Shown here one piece after another: positions 1 through 14,027 of a DNA stretch of 63,814 nucleotides. Below the pieces are notes generated by a model. That model was not told the origin of the DNA. It saw only the letters and a program-made list of their open reading frames with translations, and searched no databases. The position numbers and the translations under genes are program-made. This DNA comes from Paraspadella gotoi (Eukaryota > Animalia > Chaetognatha): the NCBI GenBank assembly GCA_051294375.1, contig CM119265.1:9992339-10056152 (forward strand), read 5' to 3'. Position 1 is the stretch's first letter. Every line of letters starts with the position of its first letter.

Positions 1-294
1 GGGGACGACGATGTCGCGGCTAAATTAGATTTGGTGGAGAGAGTCGAGGCTGCGCTGAAAGTGAGGCGAACTTTGAAGAAGATCAACGCGGGTAAGTCTC
101 GTCTTTGCGGTTGAAATTCAAGCGATTATATTATTCATTTATTGTGTTATAAACATCTTTGGTAAGTTTAGTTAAATCCTAGGTTTTAAATAATTTTTTT
201 TTCCTCGATAGAACTGAACGCAAATGCGGAAACTATTCGTAACAAGAGACATGTCGTCAAGAATTCCTCGCGCCGATTCATCAAATTAAACTGA
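1..294 (+). CDS. 3' end of an unknown protein-coding gene (exons <1-91 and 212-294): GDDDVAAKLDLVERVEAALKVRRTLKKINAELNANAETIRNKRHVVKNSSRRFIKLN*
   Basis: Open frame from base 1, strong GTAAGT donor at 92, T-rich tract and TAG acceptor at 209-211, matching phase 1, TGA at 292-294. No family recognised. Confidence 0.65.
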
Positions 295-300
295 ATTTGG

Positions 301-489
301 GGTTAATTTTACTTTCGCCGACCGTGGTTAGGGGGGGGGGGTTAGGGTTAAGGGTGGTTTAAGAGTGGTTTTGGGTTTGGGGTGGTTAGGTAATATTTTC
401 TTTTAATTTTTGTTTTAAAAATAATTATTTTTAAAAGATTTTTCAAAAGACGCTAAAACCCTGGGTGGGGCGAAAGTAAAATTTTAACC
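301..489. mobile_element. Putative MITE with ~20-bp terminal inverted repeats and internal GGTTAG-like repeats
   Basis: GGTTAATTTTACTTTCGCC (301-319) is the near reverse complement of GGCGAAAGTAAAATTTTAACC (469-489), differing by a 2-nt indel. The interior is non-coding. Confidence 0.45.
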
Positions 490-1281
490 GGATTTTGAAA
501 TAAAATTTACTGACATTTTTATTACTTTGTAACGTATAATAATCGTAAATGTTTGGGAAATGTAACAGTAGCCATTGAACAAATGGTGAAAAATGTTTTA
601 TGAGATTTATTTGTCATCGTAAATAAGTTGGATATTCACATATTCATGAAAAAAAAAATCAAGTTATGTATTTATATAACAAGAGCAATTCGTATAGAAA
701 CAGACGAATTTGCTTTACTCTAGGAAATCTCTGTAGGAAAAAAACTTGGAAATGTTTAACTTAGATGTGTAATGGTAGCCGAGTTGTTTAACTTATATCC
801 GATTTTTTAAAGAAGCACTTCACTTGTGTGACTTATTGTAATAAAAGCAATAAGAGACAGACATAGAGGGAGAGAGACTGAAAGAATGAGACTCATAATT
901 AAGGAAAATCGATCTCCATTTAATTTCCTGTTCGAAATTAAAACACCTTCTATATAAAATAAGTTTTTAATGTTTCATTTCACTTCAGACGTTAAAAAAG
1001 AATCATGGAATACATTTGACGATTCTCATTCGAATTTGACAATATATTTATGCGATACTTCCAGAAATCCAATATCCGACCGAATTGGGCACAAAATTTT
1101 AATTTCGAATTCAAAAGTCGTAAAATTAAATCCATCGCAAACTCTCGTCTTCTCCATCTTTCTTTTTTAAATGTTGATGTAGTAACTCTTCATCTACATC
1201 TTTTTCTCCAGCATCATCTTCTTGGCATCCGAAACTCCTCCGGCGTCTAGTACAAAATCTCTGTCACTCGAAGTCAGAAGC

Positions 1282-1468
1282 TCAGTTATCATCTTCACTC
1301 TCACTGACAGGCGCGCAGCGGGAGCGGCTTCTGATGCAGCGGGAAATGACGGCAGCGGCGGCAGCATCTCGCTTTTCACGACTACATTCCATCACCTCAA
1401 ATTTTCTGACGTTTTTGAGTTTCTTCTTCCTCCTCAACTCCTTCTCCTCCTCTCCCAGCCTTTTTTTC
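1282..1468 (-). CDS. Possible terminal exon or pseudo-exon: KKRLGEEEKELRRKKKLKNVRKFEVMECSREKRDAAAAAVISRCIRSRSRCAPVSESEDDN*
   Basis: GC-rich island, CAG acceptor at 1471-1469, open frame to TGA at 1284-1282. No upstream exon found. Confidence 0.25.
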
Positions 1469-3294
1469 CTGACGTCAAGTAGTGGGAATAATTTTAGGTG
1501 TTTTTTTTTTGTAATTAAGTTCAGGTGTTGGAATTTCCTACATTTTTTTACAACAAGATCGATTTTGCATTTCAGATTTGTGAGTGCAAAGAATAACCAA
1601 AGTATCTTTTCAGTTTTAGAGATACTATTTAGTTAACAAAGAATATTTTACTTTTAATAACCTTCTTGCATAGTTAAAAGTTAAAAAGAAATAAAAAATA
1701 TAAAAAAGAAGGACGGACCTTAAAAAAAAAAGAAAGAAAATCCGTGAATTTTTCCCTTGTGATTCATTAGTGAAACCTCGTGAGTCTCCTTCGCAAGGAT
1801 TAGAAAAAGAATCATCGAAAAAGAACGAAATATTATAATTAAACTTGTTTTAAAACTTTGAACTTTTTATCCGTTTGTTTTTTCTTTTGCTACGCTAAGC
1901 TATTGTTTAGACTCTTTACTTTATCCTAACTATATGCAAATTACGTTTTTAAATTGAGAGAAAGAGAAAGACTCCTATTATCTAAACCTTTAGGGTTTTA
2001 TTATCGGTGGCGCTGCATACTCTTTTCTTCAAAACGACACGAACTGTCGATAAACTGAGACTGAGAGCTGCCTATCTCTTTTCCCCGTACTCGTTATCTA
2101 ACATTGTTTGTAATTAATTCTTCCCTTTTTCTTTTTAACCATTGTCCATTGTCAGGCCAAAATCGCTTATAAATTGAATGAATGGATAATTTTTATCTTG
2201 CTTTTATATTGGTACCAATTGCATTTTTGTGGTTTCTTTCTTTCTTTTTATTTGTTAACTCCTTTTTATCTTTCTCTCTTTAATTTTTTTTTGGTAACTC
2301 CTTTATGTTCTTTCTTTCGGTCTTTCTTTATTTTTATCTCTCCACAACTTTAATTTTTTTCTCTTTTTTTTTACTTTTTATTTTCTTACCTCACATTCGG
2401 TCTTTATTATTCTTTATTTCTTTTCCTTTCATTTTCCTTTTCCTTTTTCTTTTACTCCTTTTTTTCCTTCAACAATAAAAACTTTTCTCTTTTTCTTTCT
2501 CTTTTGTTCTTCGCACGATTTTTCTCTCTTTTCATTTCCTCTCCACAACTCGCGTTCGTAATTTTTTTCTCTCTCTCTCTCCCTTTTTTCTCTCCTTCTT
2601 TTCTTTTCTCTCCTTTGTACGTTTTCTTGCTTTTTTTTCTCTTTTATGAAGTCAAGGAAAGTCTGCTCTCTCTCTTCCCAGTCAGTCTCTCCTGCTCTCT
2701 GTCTCTCCTCTCTCGTCTCTCTCTCTCTCTCTCTCTCTCGTTCTTTTTCTTCTCCCTTTCCCATCGTGCGCCCTGTCGACGTCCCCGGGTTGCCCTGTTC
2801 ATTGTTGTTCATTTTTCAATTCGGCAACGGAAGCTTTTTTTTTTCTTCACCCTTCCCGTCCTTTTCATTTTGTTTTTTGTAGTTTTTTTTTTTTTTTGCG
2901 CCTGGCGTCCGCCGCGGATCGGATAGCGCTAGCGTCGAGCGCTGGAGTAGAAACTAAGAAAAGAATTAAGGCAAACAAAGGAACGCGAACGTCGAACACC
3001 TCTGTTCGAAATTTAAAGAAATGGGCACAAGACTCAAAAATATTTTCAAAGTTAATACCAAAAAATTTGAAATGTGTATAGAAAGTAGCTAAATCATGAA
3101 TTACCCTGAAATTCCTACTTCCTTTTTAAAAATATAACTTAGTTTCAGCTGGCACGTGAGAGTGGAGCGTTGTCGTCACTTGACAGTGGCGTGTTGACGT
3201 CGCCTGGAATTTATTGCGAGGGAAAAGTTGAGTTCGACTCGAAAAAATTCGCGAAAAATACGAGCGGACGACGTTAAAGAAGAAAACACCATAA

Positions 3295-3341
<47 letters not shown>

Positions 3342-4214
3342 AACGAAAGCGACGTATTGTTAAAAGAGGCCAAAAAGAAGGGAATAAAAAAAAATCGTAA
3401 AAGTAGACCGGTTTTAATTTTGGCGACAGAAGAAAAGACGAACCAGAAAAAGAAAATTACTTGTTTTCTTTAGAAAAGAGAAGCGAATAAAAAAATTTTT
3501 TGTGATCTTGAATGAAAAATGGACTCACGGAGATAAAAGAGTAAGGGAAATAAAAAAGGTGACAAATTGAACGAGAACATATAAACATAAGTTTGAGAGA
3601 AAATTAAAGAGAGAGAATTTACTAAGGTTGAATAAATAAGTAAAGACAAAAACGAAAAGTACATCCCGGTACAAGATTCCAGAAATAAAAATTGCGAGAA
3701 AATTTTTTCTTTCTGAAATAAAAGAAACAATTTGACAGTTCAAACGATAAATAAGCATTGAGCAAGACTAATAGCACTAATAGCACTAAAAAAAAAAGCT
3801 ATCTTGCCATGATACAGGTTGGGTTAGGGTGAGTCATATGCCAAAAGTTTTTTGGATCGCAAAGAACATCTAACACAAAACGGGTGGGCCTAAAAAAATA
3901 GGGTAAGCATCGGTACGATTTTGTTTTGAGTAAAATTTGAAATATAACAATTATTTAACAATTTTATACACATACATCTAGATTCTCCAAGAATCAATAT
4001 CGATACTAATGTAGCATCTAGGCATACAAATTGTAAACTGTAAAGTTTTCCGAACAAAGACTACGAAAAATCATTTAATTTATGAACGTTTCCAAATTTA
4101 AATCTTGAAAATTAAGCTAAAGCCTCAACCAATAATCCTGCTTCGCTTCGTCTCCTTTCGAAGGGATCCCGGTTCCGAGAATTTTAGGGAGATTTAATTA
4201 GTTCGCGAAACGAG

Positions 4215-4269
<55 letters not shown>

Positions 4270-7200
4270 TTCCACCCCTCCTGCGTGCAAAACAATGACG
4301 CACCGCACAGTGTGTTTGGATTCCGATTACTGGATTAAATTCCCAAAAGTTCTCATTCACTGTGCCGAACGCGAGGAAAAAAACGCCGAGAAGCAAACAC
4401 GAATTTTTCATGTCGTCGTCTTCGTCGTCTTCGTCGTCGTCGTCGTCGTCGTCGTAGTCGTCGGGGCGCAGTTCTTAAATTAGAAATTGGAATTTGATAC
4501 CAGCGCTCTCTCCCGGGGTAAGGTCGTGCGGGGAAAAAGTAAGAAACGATTTTTAGGTTNNNNNNNNNNNNNNNNNNNNNNNNNNNNNNNNNNNNNNNNN
4601 NNNNNNNNNNNNNNNNNNNNNNNNNNNNNNNNNNNNNNNNNNNNNNNNNNNNNNNNNNNNNNNNNNNNNNNNNNNNNNNNNNNNNNNNNNNNNNNNNNNN
4701 NNNNNNNNNNNNNNNNNNNNNNNNNNNNNNNNNNNNNNNNNNNNNNNNNNNNNNNNNNNNNNNNNNNNNNNNNNNNNNNNNNNNNNNNNNNNNNNNNNNN
4801 NNNNNNNNNNNNNNNNNNNNNNNNNNNNNNNNNNNNNNNNNNNNNNNNNNNNNNNNNNNNNNNNNNNNNNNNNNNNNNNNNNNNNNNNNNNNNNNNNNNN
4901 NNNNNNNNNNNNNNNNNNNNNNNNNNNNNNNNNNNNNNNNNNNNNNNNNNNNNNNNNNNNNNNNNNNNNNNNNNNNNNNNNNNNNNNNNNNNNNNNNNNN
5001 NNNNNNNNNNNNNNNNNNNNNNNNNNNNNNNNNNNNNNNNNNNNNNNNNNNNNNNNNNNNNNNNNNNNNNNNNNNNNNNNNNNNNNNNNNNNNNNNNNNN
5101 NNNNNNNNNNNNNNNNNNNNNNNNNNNNNNNNNNNNNNNNNNNNNNNNNNNNNNNNNNNNNNNNNNNNNNNNNNNNNNNNNNNNNNNNNNCCTCACCACT
5201 TTTTTTTCTCTCCTTCTTTCCTTAACTTGTCACGGACGAGGGCCAAATGCCTTCCTCCTCCGAAAGACTAATCCAGTGAAAAAGAGGTTCACGTCAACCT
5301 TTTGCCACCTCGACGCCAATTGCGCGTCACTGTCACGCCGGATTAACATCGACGCCACGTCAAAACCGCGCCAAAAAAAATCAATTTCCCACCAAAAAGT
5401 CTAGCTAATCGTCAATTTTTGGTCGATTTTTGATGGATAATTAAAAACAAGGCTTACCTTTAACTCCATGACGATTAAACCTGTCACATCTAGGTCACAC
5501 CCTTTGCCAATTTTGTCTCGACTTCTTGCGACGTTTTCCAACTTCCTGTTTTCCCGCCAAATCTTTGCCACGCCTCTTTTTTGCGTGAATGCGGATCCCA
5601 CGTTTCAATTTGGACGAATCGGATGTAAACGAGAATCGTACGCCTATTTCTCGCTTTCCATATGTCGCTGCGTTTCGCGTTTTCTCACCATTAACGCCCA
5701 TGCCATAGCCGTCAACAATGATATCTCCATGGCAACGCCAAAAGCGACGCCAACGCAGGCCAAAACCTTAAGCGTCTTTTTTTCTCGGCACCGCCCTTCG
5801 GAGAATCGAGTGACCTTTCTCTCTTTCTTTTTCTGTCTCTGACNNNNNNNNNNNNNNNNNNNNNNNNNNNNNNNNNNNNNNNNNNNNNNNNNNNNNNNNN
5901 NNNNNNNNNNNNNNNNNNNNNNNNNNNNNNNNNNNNNNNNNNNNNNNNNNNNNNNNNNNNNNNNNNNNNNNNNNNNNNNNNNNNNNNNNNNNNNNNNNNN
6001 NNNNNNNNNNNNNNNNNNNNNNNNNNNNNNNNNNNNNNNNNNNNNNNNNNNNNNNNNNNNNNNNNNNNNNNNGAGAGAGAGAGAAAAAGAGAAAGAGAGA
6101 GAGAGAGAGAGTTTTAAAATAATGGGTGTGGACGATCGAGGTGAGACGGACTGAGTATTTTTTTGTTTTTCACCGTGTAAGAAAGATTTATTTTCTTTTT
6201 TCAATTTATTTTCTTTTTCTTTCTTTTTCTCCTCTCCTTCTCCGGAACTTTTTCACGGAATATTACGGAATTTTATTAAAGAAAAATATTTGAATTATAG
6301 ATTTTTCGAATTCCCTCGCGCAAACATATCAATTTTTCTGTTTAAAATTAAATTGAAACAAAAATAATGGAATTTTTAAAACTTAGTTTGATAGTCACGT
6401 TACAAAAAAAACGTATATAAAAACTAACTAAACTAAAAACGAATTTCAATTCAAAAGTCTCCAGCGGGAAACAACCCACATAAATTCCTCCCCGTTTGGT
6501 TCCCCCGCATTTTGACCAAATCGTTCACAAAACGGATTCACGACGGATTCACGTCGCGAATCGATTCGTTTCGATCACATTTCTTTCCATCGGCGATCCA
6601 CATTCACGGCATTGCGCCGTCTTTGTGTCGGCATGCCGGTGTAGCCGGCGTCAGGAGTCGGGCTGGTCTTTTCTTTGCCAACGCGATATAAGTGATTCGC
6701 CGGTCCTACCATGTCTTCCAGGTTCAACATGGAGTCTTTTGGTTTATTTTTTAACTCAGGATCTGGCAACATGGACATCTCGCCATTGTTTCCATGCCAA
6801 CGCGTTCAAGCCTCCACCTTTCCTTGCTATTATTTCCGCGGATCACACGAGTGTTTACGATTGAACGATTTTGGTGAAAGGCGCTACCAAGCTTTTTTTA
6901 CGGTTCTGCTTCCACCAGTCGCTGCTTTAGCATACTTTTTAGCGACGTGTGTGACAAGACTAATAGCCTGCCTCTTTCTCTTGCAATCGTAGGAAAGGAA
7001 TTCTTACCAAAAAAATACCAAGCTTGACGATTTGCTTGCCTCGAGTGAGTAGTGTGCCAGAAAGGACAATTTCACTCGAGGCCAATGACCGAATTTCTTA
7101 CGAAACTTTTTCACGTGAAACTAACTTCGCTTCGAAGTACTAAGCCACTAACTTCCCTCGTCGCAGGTTCGTAATCGAGCCTAGAGCCCTCGCTCGATCA

Positions 7201-7918
7201 CAAAAAAAGAGCTTTACTCCAAATCCCGTTCTAACTTACCTTTTCAACCTTCCCCATCCACTCTGCACCCCTTCCACTCACCCTTCACCGGACGCCCTCA
7301 TTCAGTCTTCACCGTCCTGAGGTCGAGACGAAAGGTGACGGCGTTAACGGTCGCAAGAAACGCTCCGCGGGAAACAAAAAAAAGTATGTAACCGGAATTC
7401 AAAACTTCGACCCCCCCGTCCCATTACCTCCCCCAGCCTTCGATCTTCAAACACACATGGTGAGACTCTCCTTTTAACTACCTTTCTTTTCACTCGAAGC
7501 ACTCTCCCCCTCTTACTCTCCCCCTCAAGAAAAGGATCGCCTGAGATTCTATCGAAGGTTTCGATGACCTTTTCCCCAAGATTTCGCGCACCTGCCCTCA
7601 CCAGAATCCATCTGTCCGTCTGTCGGTGGCTCCGCCCGACGGATTCTTTTGCCTTATCACTTCTTCCCCGCCTCCCGCCTTCACCCGTCCTATTTCCCCC
7701 CTTCCTCCTCCTCCTCCTCCCACTTCCACGCCCTTCTTTTTTCCTCTTCTGTCCCGAAGGTTGAAAAGGGTCAAGTCGCATTCAAAATACCAATATGCGG
7801 AGGAAAAGGGGAAGAAAAGGGAGGAAAGAGGAAGAAAGGGGGAGGAAAAAAAAGGAAGAAAAAGGAAACTTTGAAAACGAGTGGGGGAAAAAAGTCGCTG
7901 ACTTGAGTTGTTAGAAAT

Positions 7919-7957
<39 letters not shown>

Positions 7958-8504
7958 AGTGGAACAAGGTAAATCATAATATAAAATACTTCTGTAATAT
8001 AAAATAAACTATTGAAAGATAAAAAGAAAATATCTCAAAAATATAATTTATATTCAATCAACAAATAAGAATATCTCAAAAAAAGAACTGTTCTATTCAG
8101 TTCTAAAAACTAAGTTAACATAATTTTTAATTGGACATAAAAAAACACGTTAAAAACAATCCTAAGGTGATAATATTAGTTATTACGAGAGCGATTTTCA
8201 TTTATAACTGTCAAACATTTCAAAAAATTCGACGAAGTGCGTTTGTATTATTAGAGACGTTACATTCTTCCACCTCTTCTCGCTTTTCTCCAATCACCAA
8301 TCTTTAATCTTCAATCTCCAATCACCAATCTCCAATCACCAATCTCTCTCTTCATGCTTTACGCGTTTCATTTTTCAAAGTCTCGGCTCCATTTTTTTGA
8401 ATATCGCTTCTCTCGGGCCTTCAACAAAACTTCCTCCAAACTATCTCCTCCTTTAACAACTTCTCTCCCGCGGACGAGCCGCTTCAAAACGACTGCACGT
8501 CGAC

Positions 8505-11500
8505 TTAGATGATTTCTCTTTTGTCTTTCGATTCCTCGTAATCGTGGGCGGTGGCGGCGACTCCAGCGGCGGCGGCTGTGGATTCAGCTTCGGCACCATC
8601 CGCGCGCCTCCTCGGAATGCCGACCTTGTCGACGGTTTTCTCAACTTTGGGCACACCTCTATCTTCAATAGAATAGTCAGCGACCACAGCGACGAGTTCG
8701 TGGTGTAGTTTCTCCTCCCGCGGATCATAAGCCACAACCGGCGACAACATCGTCTTCTTCTCCGCTTTCGTCAACAAAACTCCGAATCCCCTGACGCCTT
8801 CAATCGACCCGTCGTCCTTTTCGACGGGGACTTCGAAACCGACGGATGGAATCGCTTCCGTCCGCGACTTCAAGTCGTCGGAGGCGGCGACGTCGATCGC
8901 ACAAACCTCCAACTCTCCGCCGAATCTCGACCGACTTTCGAAAACCGAGGAATTCATCGCGTCGAGCCCCACCATCTCCGCCGCGTGCTGCGATATTTCC
9001 GTGACGATCTCCGCGGCGACCGGCTCGGTTTTGACGAGCTCTTCCGTGTTCCCCGCGACGTCGGACTCGACATCATCAAGGGCTTCGACTTGAACAGATT
9101 CGAATCGGACTTCGAGGGCGCTTTCAAAACTGTCGTTCTCATCTTGAAAGCCCTCTAGGTTTCCGCGCAGTCCCGAGTTATCGATAAAGTCAATGCATGC
9201 CTCTTCAACACGAGCTTGTTGCGATTCCATAATTTCACAAGGCTTCGCTATTATTGCGTTTTCCTTCTCCATGATGAACTCTGGACTGGTTAAGGACTTT
9301 TCGAATCGATTGGGTGACTCAAAAACATCCTGAAAGAATTCCTGCGAATCTTCAAACCCACCGACGGTCAAGAAAGTGTTTTCCAAATCGCTTTCGGCTA
9401 CTTTATCCCCCTCGTCATCGGTCTTCAGAATGTCTTCAAAGCTTTCGTCCGTCTGCATTGTATCTTCTAAGCTACCGTTGGTATTCAGGGTCCACTCGAT
9501 GCTGTTTATAGTCTCCTGGATTCTGTCATTATTATCCAAAACGCATTCTAAAACAGTTTCGGTCACTAAGTTGTCTTCAAAGCTAAGATTATTTTCGGCG
9601 CGGGTATTTAAGGCTCGAATGCCCGTCTGGCTCATATGAGCGTCTGCGGAATCTTCAGTGTCATCCTTAACTAGCGCGGAACTTTCAAGGCTTAAATCGG
9701 CTAAGTTCTTCGCTGGGCCATTTTCCGCGATGAGGTGGGACACTTCGACGCCAACTTGGGTAACTACGTTACCAAGAATGCAGGCATCGGTTGACCGGTC
9801 GCTTTCAAACCCATGAGGAGTTTCAAGATTGTCTTCTAACCCCTTCTTTGTCATTAACTTATTTCTAAAATCATCTTCTGTAACCACAATGTCTGCATTT
9901 GCGATCTGATCGTCTGCAACTACAATAACAGTCTCATTGTTGGCTTTATACACAAAAGTTTCTTCACTGCTTCCTTCACAGCCGCCGTTATCTAATCCAC
10001 GTTCGGTAACGAAGTTGGCATTAACATTCTCGGGAGTTACCAGATCCTCTTCAATAGTAATTAAAGTGTCTTTAACATTTCTATCAGTCGGTTGTGATTC
10101 TTTAAAGTCACTGTAGGTCTTAAGGTTATCTTCTGAAGCAGCTTTCTCTTTCCGGTTATCTTCTGCCACCCGAGTTGCCTCAATATCAACGTCATTCATC
10201 TTCCCTTCGCCGAAACTTCCTTCCGTCTGTAGTTTGTCCTCTAAACCACTTTCAGAAACTCTGTTATATTCTACGATAACTTCAGTCAACTTTTCGTCTT
10301 GACTAAGTTGGGACCCTTGAAAATCTTCATCCATGGCAATTGGTTTGTTACCGACAGAGGAGGCCCCCAACTTGTCTTCAAGGCCACCATCAGGTGTCAG
10401 AGCCTCTTCAACGACAACTTTAGTCGCCTGGTCGTCTTTAATCCCATAATCAGTCCTCCCTTCGGCCTCTAACCCACTTTTCGTCTCCTCGGTAAGCAAC
10501 ACCTCACCGTAATCATCTTCATTGACAGGCGTGTCATCCAAGCCAACAGTGACCTCCAGCGGGTCTTCAGAAGTGAGCGTATCATCGAGACTCTCGTCGA
10601 TGACCTGCGTGACTCCATAGCCATCGCCTTCGATCTCGTTGCTTCCAAATTCTCCGTTGATCGCTATTGGTTCCTCTAAACGAACGCCAGCGATCGGGGA
10701 GTCTACATTCTCTTTCTCCATCTCTATCTCGACGTCTCTTGGTTCCGCATCACCTACGACAGCATCCTTCTCCGTTAATTCGTTTTCAACCTCTTGATTC
10801 ATCTCCAAATTCACTTCCTCGTTCATTACCTCTTTCTTCGCTGCATTCATCTCCTCGCTCAAGTTGTTATTCAATTCCTCGTTCATCTCGTTGTTCATAT
10901 CCTCGTTCATCTCTATATTAACCTCCTCCGTGAACTGATCATTAACCATCTCATTTGCGTCAAATACAACCTCATTCACTTCTATCTTTTCCTCCACATT
11001 CCGCTCAATATTCATCTCAATATTCATTTCTGAATCAACTCCCTCGTATTCCTTTCTATTCACCTCCCCCTTCGCATCCTCATCCTCCTCTTCTACATCC
11101 TCTTCCCCATCACTCATTTCACTCTCCTCCCCTTCACTCTTTTCTCCGTCATCCTCCTTCTTTTCTGCATCATCCTCCCTCTTTTCTCCATAATCCTCCC
11201 TCTTTTCTCCATCATCCTCCTTCTTTTCTCCATCAGCCTCCCTCTTTTCTCCATCATCCTCCCTCTTTCCTCCATCATCCTCCCTCTTTTCTCCGTCATC
11301 TCCAACGCCCTCTTTAGCTCCGCCTCCGCCTTCCCTCGTCACTTCCTCGCCGCCATCTCGCGGTGGAAAATTCTTGTAGACCAGTGACGTCGCCGGCTCC
11401 CACGTCGTGGGCGTCTTCGTCAGCGGCATCGGCGGCGTCGTCATGGCGGCCGGCGTCGACTTTCGCGCTGCGGGCATCGAACTTTTCGGCGTCGTCGTCT

Positions 11501-13988
11501 CCGTCGTCGCTATCATCGTCGTCATTGTCGTCGGCGGATTCGTCGTCGTCTTCGTCGGCGGCTTCGTCGTGATCCTCATCGTCGTCGGCGTCGGCGTCGG
11601 AATCGCTTCGTCGGCTTGAACGACGTGAGCGAATTTCTTACCGACGAATCGAACGGCGAGATCGTCGTCGGCGTGTCGGCCAAAGATGAGATCCGTGGCG
11701 GAGTCGGTAGAGATCGCGTCGGTTAAGTCGGCCGAGTCGAGATCTATCGATCGACAAGCGAAGGATTTGGCGGCTGAGATGATTGAGTCGACCAAATCCG
11801 CGGCCACGAACCCAGCCACGCGGTCGTCGTCGTTCTCCGTTCGCCGGACGGACTCTTCCATCCCCAAGACCATCATTCCATCCCCCTCAGAATTGGCATC
11901 GACGGCTTCGTCGTTGTTGTTGTTATTCGCGTCTTCCTCATCTTCGAAATTGTTGTTGTTGTTGTTTTTTTCTACTCCCACCTCCCCTTCTTCCTCCGCC
12001 ACCACGCCCTCGGCGATTCCAAAGTCGTTGCTTTGATTCACGTCGGCGATGCGTACCTAAAAAGGGGGGGGGGAGGAATGGTTGAAAATTGGGAGTTATG
12101 GGAATAAAAAAAAGACTGTGAGAGAGTCTTGATTGAAAGCTTGCAGGGACCTGCTATGTCATTATCTTGAAAGAGTGATGGAGGCCTTAAACCACCAAAG
12201 CCTGTCCAAAGTCAGGGGCAAGAGAGCTTATTTATTAAATGAATGGATAATTTTTATATTGGTTGTACCAATTTCATAGATAATTTTGAAGTATATAATT
12301 ATAAAAATGGTATTACAAATGGAGCTTGAAAAGCTAAATAAAGAAATATATATAAACATTTACCAGAAAGATATAAAAAGTCAACAATGACGAAACGATA
12401 GAAAAACTACCAATTAAACTTTTTATAAGATTAAAATTTTAATTTTTCTGTTTTAAAACAAAAATTCATTGCTATTCTACGCAATAATAAATTCTGAAAG
12501 TTTAAGTGTAAGTTTAACTTTAAACTTTAACTTAAGCGCCTCAATTTTAAAATTGCCGTTTTAATACTTACGTTCCTTATACATTACGCAAAACACTATC
12601 ATATATAACTTCAAAATGATAAAAAGAAGTAAATGTTTTGAGCGCACCGACTTCAGCTGCGCCGACCCGGTGGACGCCATCGTTGAGGGCTTCTTCAGAG
12701 CCGACACCAGCGACATCGTCGACGACTTCTTCGAGTCGTTCGTCGTCGGCGCCAGCCCTGGCGCCAAGTGGCCCGTCTGATCCCCTATCATTCAAATTTA
12801 GGGGTTTATCGATATGACGTTTTAGGGCGTTATTCCAAAACCGATTCTTTTCAGCTTAAATTACGAAGTTTAGATTAATGGATATTAAGGATATTATAAT
12901 TAAGAAATTAAGAAAATAGTATCCATTAATCTAATTTGAATTTTCAACAACTTCACCTGTCCCGACTGACAAGGAGATGCTCTCTTCCCGAGGAGCGTCC
13001 ACCTATTTAAAAAATGAGAGATCTCGTGATTGAGTTTTTCTTTATTTAGATTTTTAATTGCCCCGCGAGTATTCGAGGATGAACCCTAAAAGTCACTTTT
13101 CGTTCGGTATGTCGGTCGGTCGGTCGGTCGGTCGGTCGGTCGGTCGGTCGGTCGGTCGGTCGGTCGGTCGGTCGGTTCGGTCGGTCGGCGGCGGTCGGTC
13201 GGTCGGTCGGTGTTTAAAATTCATTAATTCCATAAGTCCATAAGCAGCAAAAAAATAATTGTTAATTGGTCAATCTTTACATCACTCCACCCTATTGGCC
13301 AGTGCACTCCCTCTCCCTCTGTCTCGCCTCCTCTCCCTCTCTCTCCCTCTCCTCCAACTAACCATGATGATATCTTCGGAGAGCAAGACGTGACGTTCGA
13401 CAGGCGGCGAATCCGATGTTTTGTTGTAGGCGTCGTTGGGACGTTTGAGGATGGGGTGCTTGGGCATCTCGTCCTCCAGGATGTCCGGTGGGAGATCCAG
13501 AGTGCGTTTCCTGAAGAGAAGAGCGAATAAAAGAAAAAGGAACTGTTGATTAAGCCGAGCCACGCTCACAATGAGAAAATTTATCAGGTAAAAATTATAC
13601 AAAAGCATCTCATCTTTCTTCCCTGCCATCTATCAAAAAGGATTCGCTTCATAATCGTTAACGAGTAACGATTAACCACAAAAAATGACCGAAACGAAAG
13701 AGTCGCCCTCTAGCGCCCCCTATCTCTATCCGCGACGAAAAAAACAAAAAACAACGATTTTCTCATTACCTTCGCGTTTCTATTTTTATTTCCAAACTCA
13801 ATTTGTTGAAACAAAATCTTTTGGACTATATTACCTTTTATTATTAAACGTTATTTAGGCTTTCAGCGCTTACTTTCTTGTTTCACGTCCATATTTAAAA
13901 AAGGAGCAAAAAAAGTTACTAGATTGGTTTTTAAATAAGTAAAAAAAATTTTGATTCGCGAAGTTTCTCAAAAAAAAAAAAAAAGAGA

Positions 13989-14027
<39 letters not shown>

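Noticed and set aside
6480-7340. Moderately GC-rich unique stretch with short ORFs (e.g. MSMLPDPELKNKPKD...)
   Set aside because: The frames are interrupted by stops, and no recognisable motif or exon chain was found. It may be a decayed element.
2429-8000. Many 60-300-aa ORFs (ERER, SLSL, poly-V, X-containing)
   Set aside because: They are translations of (GA)n/(GTC)n microsatellites or N gaps, with no coherent splice structure.
8453-8737. Overlapping 94-aa minus-strand ORF at the end of the giant exon
   Set aside because: No splice route into this frame was found. It is likely a chance open frame in GC-rich coding DNA.
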